DNA of 64,000 nucleotides from a virus. Taxonomy: Duplodnaviria > Caudoviricetes. Every line of letters begins with the position of its first letter. Positions within the stretch are counted from its first letter, which is position 1. Shown in pieces: positions 26,771 to 36,018 of this stretch. The position numbers and the translations under genes are program-made. The DNA is taken from the IMG/VR virus record IMGVR_UViG_3300022752_000032, positions 1 to 64,000 of that record. The stretch is one strand, 5' to 3'. The notes under the pieces were generated by a model, which was given only the letters and a program-made list of their open reading frames with translations, did no database searches and was not told the origin of the DNA.

Positions 26771-27328
26771 ATGCCAATATTAGGAACGGTAGCCTCTCAG
26801 TTTGCAGGGAAGCCTTTTAACTCGTTTGAGTCAATAGCAAGTTTTACTGTTGGTTCAGGTGGCCAAGATGTTGTTGAATTTACATTAATTCCACAGACAT
26901 TCAAACATTTACAATTAAGATTTGTGCTTAAAAATAATGATACTGGTAGTTTTAATAACGTTCCTATGAGGTTTAATGGTGCTACTAGCGGTTATTTTGA
27001 GCACTACTTAACATCAGATACAGCAATTAATGCAACAGGTGGTGCTAATTTAGGTGCCTTCAACACGGGCTTTTGGGCAGCATCAACTAGTCTAAATGCT
27101 AATGTTTTTACTACTGGAGTTGTAGAAATTTTAGATTACTCAAGCACAAGTAAAACAAAAGTTATAAGAAGTCATGGTGGAGGAAATAATAATACTACTG
27201 GAATACTGTGGCTTCATTCTGGTCTTTTTAACTCACAAGACGCTATATCTTCTATACAGATAGATACCGGAGGTCAAATAGTAAGTGAACACTCACAATT
27301 TGCCTTATACGGTATTAAAGGAGCATAA
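26771..27328 (+). CDS. Triplet cassette 2, subunit A
   Basis: MPILGTVASQF leader; KHLQLR; ALYGIKGA. Confidence 0.7.
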   Translation: MPILGTVASQFAGKPFNSFESIASFTVGSGGQDVVEFTLIPQTFKHLQLRFVLKNNDTGSFNNVPMRFNGATSGYFEHYLTSDTAINATGGANLGAFNTGFWAASTSLNANVFTTGVVEILDYSSTSKTKVIRSHGGGNNNTTGILWLHSGLFNSQDAISSIQIDTGGQIVSEHSQFALYGIKGA

Positions 27329-27852
27329 TGGCTGCAGCAGGAACTTATGACTCGATCACAACTACTACTCTAAACAGTAGTCAGTCATCAGTTACTCTTG
27401 ATTCATTTAGTGGATATACTGATTTAATTTTACAGATAAGTAACCAAATGGACGCCGCATCAGGACTTAGAATTAGATTTAATTCAGATACAGGATCCAA
27501 TTATGGACAAACACACTTTATAGGGTATTCAACATCTACTCTCGGGGCACAGGGTTCATTTGGAAACACTACTTCAATTCATAATAATTTAGTTTTTGGT
27601 GATTCTATAGGTTACAATGTATTTACACCACATATCATCCAAATTCAAAACTATGAAAATACTAATATGTATAAAACAATTTTATGGAGATATGGCACTT
27701 TGCAAAATATAGATGATAGCAGTGATCAAGGTTGGATTGTAGGAGCATGGAGAAATACTAATGCTATAACATCAATAGAAGTTTCTGCTTTTAATTCTAC
27801 TACAATTGCAACAAATACAAGTTTTACAATATATGGAATTAAAAAGGCATAG
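27328..27852 (+). CDS. Triplet cassette 2, subunit B
   Basis: YTDLIL, NYENTNMYK, IYGIKKA; TAATG coupling. Confidence 0.7.
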   Translation: MAAAGTYDSITTTTLNSSQSSVTLDSFSGYTDLILQISNQMDAASGLRIRFNSDTGSNYGQTHFIGYSTSTLGAQGSFGNTTSIHNNLVFGDSIGYNVFTPHIIQIQNYENTNMYKTILWRYGTLQNIDDSSDQGWIVGAWRNTNAITSIEVSAFNSTTIATNTSFTIYGIKKA

Positions 27853-27854
27853 TC

Positions 27855-28376
27855 ATGGCGCTAACAAATAAAATAATAGAGGCTAAAACCTTAGACAGTA
27901 ACACTTCAACTGTTACATTTAGTTTAATACCAGATACATATACAGATTTAGTTTTACTTGCAAGTTTAAGATGTAGTGCAACTGATTCACAAGGTGTTTT
28001 ATGCAGACTTAACTCAGACACTGGAAATAACTATCATTTTAGATCAGTATATGTTGGGAGTGGTTCAGCAAAAGGCTCATATACCTCCAGGAATGCTTCT
28101 TCTGTAACTTTTGGATCAGCTCAAAATACAAATGCTCCAAGTAATACATTTTCAAGTCATAGACTTTATATACCAAGATACACTAGTTCTTTTTATAAGT
28201 CTCTTGTGCAAGAATCTGTATCAGAGCACAACACGAACGCCTCAGCCTACCATGACTACACTAATGGTTTTTGGAGAAATACAGCAGTGATTACTACTAT
28301 TGCATTTACTATATATAATGGCAGTAATTTTCTTGCAGGAAGTACTTTTTACCTATATGGAATAAATAAACCGTAG
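27855..28376 (+). CDS. Triplet cassette 2, subunit C
   Basis: IIEAKT, FYLYGI. Confidence 0.7.
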   Translation: MALTNKIIEAKTLDSNTSTVTFSLIPDTYTDLVLLASLRCSATDSQGVLCRLNSDTGNNYHFRSVYVGSGSAKGSYTSRNASSVTFGSAQNTNAPSNTFSSHRLYIPRYTSSFYKSLVQESVSEHNTNASAYHDYTNGFWRNTAVITTIAFTIYNGSNFLAGSTFYLYGINKP

Positions 28377-28382
28377 GTAGAC

Positions 28383-28910
28383 ATGCCAATACTAGGAACA
28401 GTTGCATCTCAGTTCTCTGGGAAGTCCTTTAGCTCATATGATTCAATAGCTACTATTACAGTAACGTCTGGTGGTACCGCGACTATTGATTTTGATTCTA
28501 TACCCTCAACGTACACTCATCTGCAAATTAGATATTCAGCAACCGCAAACGCTGGTTCAAATCTGTTTATTAGAATGAACGGGGATACCGGATCAAATTA
28601 TAGAAATCATGCGTTAACTAGTTATGGTTATGCTTTAGACACTGGTACTGACACTAATAGGATGATCGGCATCGTCCAACCAACGTACCCTGGACTTGGA
28701 GTTGTAGATTTATTAGACTATAAAAATACAAGTAAGTACAAGGTTGTTAAATTTATAAGTGGCAGCGATAGTAACGGTGGAACCCGTAGAAATAGAATTG
28801 GTTCAGTTCTATGGAAAAATACTACTGCAGTAACTCGACTAGAAATAACAAGTGATGGAACAATAGAACAATACAGTAAGTTTGCCTTATATGGAATTAA
28901 GGGAGCATAG
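28383..28910 (+). CDS. Triplet cassette 3, subunit A
   Basis: MPILGTVASQF leader; THLQIR; ALYGIKGA. Confidence 0.7.
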   Translation: MPILGTVASQFSGKSFSSYDSIATITVTSGGTATIDFDSIPSTYTHLQIRYSATANAGSNLFIRMNGDTGSNYRNHALTSYGYALDTGTDTNRMIGIVQPTYPGLGVVDLLDYKNTSKYKVVKFISGSDSNGGTRRNRIGSVLWKNTTAVTRLEITSDGTIEQYSKFALYGIKGA

Positions 28911-29420
28911 ATGCCTTCTACATATGAGCCGATAGCAACAAGTACCTTAGGTAGTGCACAGTCTAATATTGAATTTACCTCAATACCAAATACCTATACA
29001 GACCTAGTTATTGCCGGTGGACTAAGAGTTGATAACGCTGGATCAGGTGGTGAAAACATGCTTATAAGATTTAATGGAGATACTAGCAATAACTACTCCA
29101 TGCACTACATGTTAGGAGATGGTTCTTCCGGAGGTTATGGTAGTCTTGAAAATTTTGATTCACTTTTAGCTTCTAGCGTTGGTAATACGGATACAAACTT
29201 ATATAGCGTTGAACTATGGCATATAAATAACTACGCAAATACAACAACGTACAAAGGAATGATACTTGGTCATTTTGCACAATATGGAAATCAAGTTCAA
29301 CAGTGGGTTGGAACCTGGCGTTCTACCTCCGCAATTACATCAATAAAAATACTTCCTAGTGGTTCTAAAAATCTTGCGTCTGGTTCAACCTTAACTATCT
29401 ACGGGATAAAGGCAGCGTAA
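28911..29420 (+). CDS. Triplet cassette 3, subunit B
   Basis: YTDLVI, NYANTTTYK, IYGIKAA. Confidence 0.7.
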   Translation: MPSTYEPIATSTLGSAQSNIEFTSIPNTYTDLVIAGGLRVDNAGSGGENMLIRFNGDTSNNYSMHYMLGDGSSGGYGSLENFDSLLASSVGNTDTNLYSVELWHINNYANTTTYKGMILGHFAQYGNQVQQWVGTWRSTSAITSIKILPSGSKNLASGSTLTIYGIKAA

Positions 29421-29950
29421 TGGCAAACACATACAACTTGATTGAGGCTAAAACCTTGGGAACCGCCATCGCAAGCGTTGAATTTAGTTCAATACCACAA
29501 ACATACACGGACTTACTTTTTAAGCTTTCTACTAGAGCAGCAAGTGCTGGAGATTGGACTAATTTTCTAATTGGATTTAACGGAGGTACATCTAACATAT
29601 CTTGGAGAGGACTGTACGCCTACGGCACAACGGTAGGCTCAAATAGTGGTAGCGGCGGCCTTTACCGTATCGTAGGTAACTCGGCGTCGGATGGAAATAC
29701 ATCTAACGTATTTAGCAACACAGAACTTTATATTCCAGACTATACATCAACAAGTAAGGGAAAATCTGTTGCCTATAAGGGAGCCGTTGAGAACGACGGG
29801 ACAGGTAACATCTTAGATCTTGGTACTGTTTTTTGGAGTCCAGGAACACAGGCTGCAATAACAAGCGTAGTGTTTACAAATTCTGCGTCACCTACTGCAA
29901 ATTTTATGGTTGGTTCAACCTTTTACCTATATGGAATTAAGAACTCATAG
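29420..29950 (+). CDS. Triplet cassette 3, subunit C
   Basis: LIEAKT, FYLYGI; TAATG coupling. Confidence 0.7.
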   Translation: MANTYNLIEAKTLGTAIASVEFSSIPQTYTDLLFKLSTRAASAGDWTNFLIGFNGGTSNISWRGLYAYGTTVGSNSGSGGLYRIVGNSASDGNTSNVFSNTELYIPDYTSTSKGKSVAYKGAVENDGTGNILDLGTVFWSPGTQAAITSVVFTNSASPTANFMVGSTFYLYGIKNS

Positions 29951-30223
29951 CAAGATGAAGGTAAGCTTAGCCTAATGCTTAGGAGGAAGAATATCTGAGC
30001 GATCATAGATTGCCTGGGCATTCTCCCAAAATATCTTACTGTTCAAAAAGCAGGGTAGGCAGAAAAATACTACCTCGTGTTTTAAGGCATATAAAGTTTA
30101 GAAAACCTGTATATAAACATAAAATTAGACCATACTTTTACTGGTCAGATCAAAAATTTAACAAGAATAAGACACGCTTTTACCATTAAAGGATAGATAT
30201 GCCAGAAATGGTATAGTTGGATT

Positions 30224-31261
30224 ATGAAAGTTGCTGCCTACGCTATTGCCCTAAATGAAGAGAAGCACGCTCAGCGGTGGGCAGATACTACTAAAGATGC
30301 AGATTTTAGATTGGTATGTGATACAGGGTCTACAGATAAAACAGTTGAGATACTAAGAAGTAATGGCGTTATTGTCTATGAAATAAGCGTAAAGCCTTGG
30401 AGATTTGATGTTGCAAGAAATACTGCTCAGAGCCTGTTGCCAGCAGATGTAGATGTATGTTTAAGTTTAGATTTAGATGAGACAGTAGATGAAGACTTTT
30501 TTAAAAAAGTAAAAGAACATTGGGCACCTGGTGCTAACAAAGGCTGGTGTGATTTTGATACTGGTCATACTTGGCTCGGTGCTCGCTTACACGCTAGAGA
30601 TGGTATTTATTGGAAATACCCTATTCATGAAGTATTTGTTCCTTCCCTTGATACACCGCTAATGAGTTGCACTATTCCTACCAAGATGTATCACAAGCCA
30701 GATAATACAAAGTCTCGTGGTCAGTATATGACAATGCTTGTGGCAGCAAGTAAAGAGTTTGGAGAAGATCATAGAATTTGGGTTTACCTTTGCCGTGAGT
30801 ATTACTACTACAGAATGTGGGAGTTAGTAATAAGTAGTGCTCAAAAGGTTACTGATTTTAGTAAGGACTGGTACGTAGAACGTGCAGCAGTTTGTAGATT
30901 TGCATCCGAAGCATGTAGAAATTTAGGAAGACTTGAAGAGGCACATACTTGGGCAGATAAAGCAATATCAATTGACCCATGCGGTGAGGCTTACTATGAA
31001 AAAGTACGTTGTTATTATGAACAATCTAACTGGGGTGGCGTCTGGGAAACTTGCAAGTTAGTTGCTACGTGTGAACCAACTAAACATTATTTATCATCTG
31101 AAGCGCTATGGAACTGGATGCTAGATGATATGAGAGCCTTATCTGCTCATAATTTAGGAGATAAAGCAAAAGCAGTAGAGTATGGAGAGAGCGCACTTAA
31201 GGGAAATCCAACTGAGACTAGATTAAAAAATAACCTAGTTTTCTACCGCCAAGGCATTTGA
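30224..31261 (+). CDS. GT2-family glycosyltransferase with C-terminal TPR region
   Basis: NEE, DTGSTD, F..ARN, LDLDE, IHE motifs; helical TPR-like C-terminus. Confidence 0.88.
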   Translation: MKVAAYAIALNEEKHAQRWADTTKDADFRLVCDTGSTDKTVEILRSNGVIVYEISVKPWRFDVARNTAQSLLPADVDVCLSLDLDETVDEDFFKKVKEHWAPGANKGWCDFDTGHTWLGARLHARDGIYWKYPIHEVFVPSLDTPLMSCTIPTKMYHKPDNTKSRGQYMTMLVAASKEFGEDHRIWVYLCREYYYYRMWELVISSAQKVTDFSKDWYVERAAVCRFASEACRNLGRLEEAHTWADKAISIDPCGEAYYEKVRCYYEQSNWGGVWETCKLVATCEPTKHYLSSEALWNWMLDDMRALSAHNLGDKAKAVEYGESALKGNPTETRLKNNLVFYRQGI

Positions 31262-32127
31262 TGACACAGCCAAATGTATTTTTAGCCCTTCTTGTAAAAC
31301 AAAAAGAAGCCGTTCTTCCACTATTTTTAGAAAGTTTAAACGACTGGGACTACCCTAAAGAAAACATATTTATCTACATCAGAACTAATAACAACACAGA
31401 TAACACAAAACAGCTTTTAGAAGAGTGGATAGAAGAGTACGGGGATAAATATAAAGGATTAATCTATAACAGCGAAGATGTGCCAGAAAAGGTAGAAAAA
31501 TATGATGTTCATTTTTGGAACGGAGAAAGATTTAGGGTTCTAGGAAAAATTCGTCAAGAAAGTATGAACCAAGCTTTACTCACAGATTGTGAATATTATT
31601 TTGTAGTAGACACCGACAACTTCTTGTTCCCAGAAACTCTTAAAGAGTTAGTAAAACTAGACTTACCTATAGTTGCTCCCTTCTTAAGGTATGCGGTTGC
31701 GCTTGGAGAAAACGCTGATACTCCTGCGGAGGCTGCTAAGCGAGAGGGTCATATGAGTAGGTACTACTCAAACTATCACGACAAGGTAGATGACTTCGGG
31801 TCAATTATTCCAGAAGATATTTACTACAAAATTTTAAATCAAGAGGTAAGAGGGTTAATTGAATGCATGTGTGTTCACTGCACTTATCTGATTAAAAGAG
31901 AGTATCTATCTGAACTTAATTACCTAGAGCAATCGGACCGCTGGGAGTATATGGTTTTTTCTAACTCGGCTAGAGATAAAGGAATTACTCAATACATAGA
32001 CAACAGAACTATATATGGAGTTCTAACCTTGAGTGAGAATCTTGGGGCCTCTAGGTGGTGGTTTAATTACTTAAAGAGTAAAGAAAATAGAACAGAAAAG
32101 TATAAATCTGTTACTAATTTTACATAA
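31261..32127 (+). CDS. GT-A glycosyltransferase resembling the N-terminal domain of collagen galactosyltransferase COLGALT1
   Basis: LP..L..L...YPKE, NNTDNT..LLEEW, HFW..ERF, IRQ, FVVDTDN, IVAPFL, YSNY, VHCTYLI in the same order as the recalled COLGALT1 motifs. Confidence 0.8.
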   Translation: MTQPNVFLALLVKQKEAVLPLFLESLNDWDYPKENIFIYIRTNNNTDNTKQLLEEWIEEYGDKYKGLIYNSEDVPEKVEKYDVHFWNGERFRVLGKIRQESMNQALLTDCEYYFVVDTDNFLFPETLKELVKLDLPIVAPFLRYAVALGENADTPAEAAKREGHMSRYYSNYHDKVDDFGSIIPEDIYYKILNQEVRGLIECMCVHCTYLIKREYLSELNYLEQSDRWEYMVFSNSARDKGITQYIDNRTIYGVLTLSENLGASRWWFNYLKSKENRTEKYKSVTNFT

Positions 32128-33124
32128 GTCTATCTGTCCAAGTTTTTGGAGTTTTATCAGTAACAAACTCTAGAGGCAGGTGGTAATTAAACTGCCTAGC
32201 ACCTTTAGATTTAATCCAGTTTACTAGTTCTACTAGTCCAGACTCTAATGAAGTAGTGGTTTTGTAGTTTAAAAGTTCTCTTGCTAGATTGGCTGAGCAG
32301 TTAGCGTGAAATACTTCTTGAGGTCTTCCTGGCATATAAATTGGATCTAACTTAAAATCAAGAATTATTGATAGTTTCTGAGCTAGTTCATTTATGGTAA
32401 CAAACTCTTCATCTGGACCAATATTAACAATTCGACCATCAGCAACATCAGTCTCACATGCAATCATAAGTGGATCAGTGACATCTTGCATAAATGAGAA
32501 ACATCTTTTTTGCTCGCCATTTCCATAGATAATAGGTTGCTTACCTTGAAGCATTCTATTTATCATAATAGAGGCTACGTTTCTATAAGGGTCATCAAAT
32601 TTTTGTCTAGGGCCAATAATGTTGTGTGGAACAAGTATTACATAATTAAGTCCGTGAGTGTCTGCAATATTTTTAATCATAAGTTCAGCCCCATACTTTG
32701 CAATTCCATACGGATCCTGAGGCTTAGGGGTCATTGACTCAACAAAGGGAACTACATCCTGAGTGCCATACCTTGCCATAGAAGATAGATGAACAATTTT
32801 TTTAACATTAGTCTTTACGCAAGCACTCATTATGTTTGTTGTTATTTGCATGGTATTTCTAACAACTAGAGACGGAGAGAATACGGATAGTCCTTCATAG
32901 GCAGTACAAGCAGTATGAACTACTAAATCTACATCTTTGAAAAGAGGTTGGATTAGTTCTAAGTTATCTAAATCTATATTATGAAAATCAACACCTGAAG
33001 GTATATTTTCTTCATATCCACCTAGTAAATTATCTATTCCTACAACATCATAGCCTTTAGCAAGAAAAGCATCTGCTAAATGACTGCCCATAAACCCTGC
33101 TACACCAGTTACTAATACTTTCAT
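32120..33124 (-). CDS. NAD-dependent nucleotide-sugar epimerase/dehydratase (GalE-like)
   Basis: TGVAGFMGSH Rossmann motif, SS, YGIAK catalytic motif. Confidence 0.9.
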   Translation of the reverse strand: MKVLVTGVAGFMGSHLADAFLAKGYDVVGIDNLLGGYEENIPSGVDFHNIDLDNLELIQPLFKDVDLVVHTACTAYEGLSVFSPSLVVRNTMQITTNIMSACVKTNVKKIVHLSSMARYGTQDVVPFVESMTPKPQDPYGIAKYGAELMIKNIADTHGLNYVILVPHNIIGPRQKFDDPYRNVASIMINRMLQGKQPIIYGNGEQKRCFSFMQDVTDPLMIACETDVADGRIVNIGPDEEFVTINELAQKLSIILDFKLDPIYMPGRPQEVFHANCSANLARELLNYKTTTSLESGLVELVNWIKSKGARQFNYHLPLEFVTDKTPKTWTDRLM

Positions 33125-33801
33125 TTGTTAATTGCCTCTTTTAGTTTTGTAATATCACTTTGAAAATTTGTCATCTTATATTTAGCCAAAGCATTCCTAT
33201 CTCGCTCATACATCCAAGGAGAGTTTATCGCAGAGTAGAGATCATCAACAGGTGCTTTACGCACCGCGTAGTGGTGATGCTCTAAAATAACTTCAGGGCA
33301 GTATCTAAGAGTCTGCATAGCATCTCCTAGTAGTTTCCAAAAATTATCTATATATAAATGTAATAACTCGGGAGGGGCTAGGTATCCAAGTGTTTTTACA
33401 ATATTTGAATCAAAACAAGTTCCATTGCTAGGTAAAAGAGCACTTTGAGCCAGATCATCTGGGTATGAGATGCCCATAGGCACATCTTTTATTGCATTAA
33501 TAAGGTTTTCATCCCACTTAGGTGTCATAACAGTCGTATCATCGGCTGCCCAAAGAATGTAGTCATACTCTTCCATATACTTATTTGCCATGCGATTTAG
33601 TTTTTCATTAACACCTAATTGCTCTGGTTTAGGCCCTATCTCATACTTAATACCCTGCATCCTTGGATATAAAGCGTGATCATCCTCATCTAAGCAAGCA
33701 ACTATGTCTGAAACAGTCGAGTGATATCTTAGAGAGTCCACTGCTCTAACAAACCTTTTAGGTCGAGTCCTAGATGGAACTAAGATAACTGAGCGAGTCA
33801 T
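33121..33801 (-). CDS. GT2-like glycosyltransferase
   Basis: LVPSRTRP, DEDD, ADD, HLYIDN, LEHHH. Confidence 0.78.
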   Translation of the reverse strand: MTRSVILVPSRTRPKRFVRAVDSLRYHSTVSDIVACLDEDDHALYPRMQGIKYEIGPKPEQLGVNEKLNRMANKYMEEYDYILWAADDTTVMTPKWDENLINAIKDVPMGISYPDDLAQSALLPSNGTCFDSNIVKTLGYLAPPELLHLYIDNFWKLLGDAMQTLRYCPEVILEHHHYAVRKAPVDDLYSAINSPWMYERDRNALAKYKMTNFQSDITKLKEAINK

Positions 33802-33827
33802 AACTCAATTTTAACATGGAATACATA

Positions 33828-33861
33828 AAAAATAGGGATCACTCTCTACAAGTGATCCCTA
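33828..33861 (-). terminator. Rho-independent terminator
   Basis: 11-bp stem TAGGGATCACT/AGTGATCCCTA with a T-run on the minus strand after 33876. Confidence 0.8.
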
Positions 33862-33875
33862 CTTTATATGTTGTA

Positions 33876-35018
33876 TTACTTAGAAATACCTTCACCACTA
33901 ATTACAGTCTCTTGTCCAGTAGCAAGATCACGAACTACAACCGAAACGGTGTAATCACGACCTTCTCCAAGAGATCCAACATTTAGAGTCTGAGCAGAGC
34001 CATCTGTTCCAATTGCAGTAGTTGAGCCAGATTTATTATCACGGACAATAAGAGTTGCCCAAGATTTACTTGCATCAAAGTTTGGAACCGCAGGCATTGC
34101 AATAGCCACAGATAAGGCTCCAGAGGCATCTACAACTCGAGAAGAGATAGATGGAGCAGTAATTGTTGCTCTATCTGCTGTAGCACTTCTGGCTGGCGTT
34201 GGGGCTGGCGCAGTTGAAGCAACGGTTGCAACTACAGGGTTTGATATTACTGTCTCAGTATTTGTCAAAGTATCACGAATAACTGTTTTCACTGTGACAT
34301 TTTGATCTTGTGGTAAATTATTAATTGTCACCGTGCTTGAGCCTTGTGCAAGACCAACTGATGTAGTTGAGCGACCATCTGTAACTGTGTATACAGAAAC
34401 AACTGAGGTAGATGGTAGGTCTTGAATACCAGCAACATCAACAGTCATCGAGACTGAGTTATCCGCATTAAGCACCTGAGTTGTAACTACAGGTGAGTTT
34501 GCTTGTGCTACAGCAGTGTCAGTTGGCTCTGTAGGAAGTGTGACTGGAGAGAGTTGAGTGATCTCATATGTAGGAGTCACCTTTACATCAGGTGCTACAT
34601 ATACTGAAACAATTGAGCCTTGAGTAATTGGCTTAAGCCTAGTCACACCATTTGAATCAACATACTTAACTCCAGCGTTAGTTGGAAGTTTTACAATAAT
34701 TCCATATGAATCAATTACACGATTTGGTGAGTAACCATCCCAAGTAACAATACGATCAACAACACCGTCCACAATAACTGCATATTTTGCTTTAGCAGTT
34801 GGAGCGGGTGTTTGACCTGACATCTGTGGCGTTGAGGTAATTGCTTCTAATGTAATTGCAAAGTAGCCATCTGCTCTTGTTTGAAACAAATTTTCGGACT
34901 TCATTCGAGATACTGTGCTTTGCGCATCTGTATCTGCTGTCCATCCAGCAAAGGCTGGGCTAGCAATAAGTGTTAGCGCAGTGGCTAAACTTAATATACG
35001 TACTTTATTCTTTAACAT
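33876..35018 (-). CDS. Secreted protein with two FN3/Ig-like repeats
   Basis: Signal peptide ending SPAFA; two related beta domains (..TTSVG..RDTLTNTETVIS / ..TTAIG..RDLATGQETVIS). Confidence 0.7.
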   Translation of the reverse strand: MLKNKVRILSLATALTLIASPAFAGWTADTDAQSTVSRMKSENLFQTRADGYFAITLEAITSTPQMSGQTPAPTAKAKYAVIVDGVVDRIVTWDGYSPNRVIDSYGIIVKLPTNAGVKYVDSNGVTRLKPITQGSIVSVYVAPDVKVTPTYEITQLSPVTLPTEPTDTAVAQANSPVVTTQVLNADNSVSMTVDVAGIQDLPSTSVVSVYTVTDGRSTTSVGLAQGSSTVTINNLPQDQNVTVKTVIRDTLTNTETVISNPVVATVASTAPAPTPARSATADRATITAPSISSRVVDASGALSVAIAMPAVPNFDASKSWATLIVRDNKSGSTTAIGTDGSAQTLNVGSLGEGRDYTVSVVVRDLATGQETVISGEGISK

Positions 35019-35086
35019 TCCTGCTCCTAGTCATTTTGTCTCTTGAGAGGCAATACTAGTAGGTAGGCTAGAAAATAGCAAGTAGG

Positions 35087-35611
35087 CTATGAAACTGCTT
35101 TTTTACGCTTGTTTTTCTTCTTCAGTTTCTCTTTTTTCTTCTCTAACTTGGCTGCTTTATCAATTTTTTCAGCCTTATATGCCTCTACTGCATTGGCGCT
35201 AGTTCTACTTCTCCAAGCAAATCCGCACTCGGTACAGGTAACAATTTTTGCTGTAGTCCATCTTCCAGTTGTTGATAGTTTTTCTACAGATGTTTCTAGT
35301 TTGCCAGGTCTTGCGGTACAGAACGGACAGTTGGGATATCTACGACGTCGAGTCTCTTCTCCAAGATATGAAACAGAAAGAGTTCTGCGGATCTCAATTT
35401 CATCTTTGCCTCCCCATATTCCCCAAATTTGTCTGTGCTCTAAAGCCCACTGTAAACAATCTTTTCTTACGGGGCATGAGAAACATAAATTTTTAGCATC
35501 ATATTTTTCAGAAAAATCTTTGGAGAAAAACCAGTCTAAATATTTTTTATTTGATGGTTTGGCACATAGGGCTTCACTCTGCCATCTAAGGCTTTCTGCT
35601 GGTTTCCACAT
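35087..35611 (-). CDS. whiB: WhiB-family transcription factor with C-terminal zinc ribbon
   Basis: Four Cys (C..CFSC..C) plus GIWGG; extra CPFC..CTEC and a basic tail. Confidence 0.9.
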   Translation of the reverse strand: MWKPAESLRWQSEALCAKPSNKKYLDWFFSKDFSEKYDAKNLCFSCPVRKDCLQWALEHRQIWGIWGGKDEIEIRRTLSVSYLGEETRRRRYPNCPFCTARPGKLETSVEKLSTTGRWTTAKIVTCTECGFAWRSRTSANAVEAYKAEKIDKAAKLEKKKEKLKKKNKRKKAVS

Positions 35612-35666
35612 ATACTCTATTTTAAACTAAAGTACTATAAATCTACCGACTAAAACACTATATTTA

Positions 35667-36005
35667 CTATATTTCTATCCATGTAGTTAATTCAATATTT
35701 TCGACTATATCACCATACTCAGTCTCAGAATTTTCATCACACACAACATACTCAAACTCTTCCTCTAGAATGCCACACCAGCCCCTAGTTATTTGACAAT
35801 TTTCAATTAATTTAAAACTATCTCCTAAAGAATCAGCAACTCCATCTCTTTGGATAGCAGATGCTAGTGCTCTAGAGACAAGATCATTATCCATATCTAC
35901 ATAATCTAAAGTGTAATAAACGGTTGAGTTAGGGTTATTTTTACTGTAGCCAGAGCCACTCCACTCACACCAAAGCTCTTCCCCAGGTCTTGTGTCTTTT
36001 TTCAT
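35667..36005 (-). CDS. Hypothetical acidic protein
   Basis: 112-aa ORF packed in the operon. Confidence 0.6.
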   Translation of the reverse strand: MKKDTRPGEELWCEWSGSGYSKNNPNSTVYYTLDYVDMDNDLVSRALASAIQRDGVADSLGDSFKLIENCQITRGWCGILEEEFEYVVCDENSETEYGDIVENIELTTWIEI

Positions 36006-36018
36006 TAGTTTTTAGAGG

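Noticed and set aside
29951-30223. tRNA or ncRNA in the longest intergenic gap
   Set aside because: No cloverleaf, T-loop consensus or strong stem found by eye
31261-32127. Eukaryotic contamination or chimeric assembly at the COLGALT-like gene
   Set aside because: No introns, base composition like its neighbours, and it overlaps phage genes at both ends
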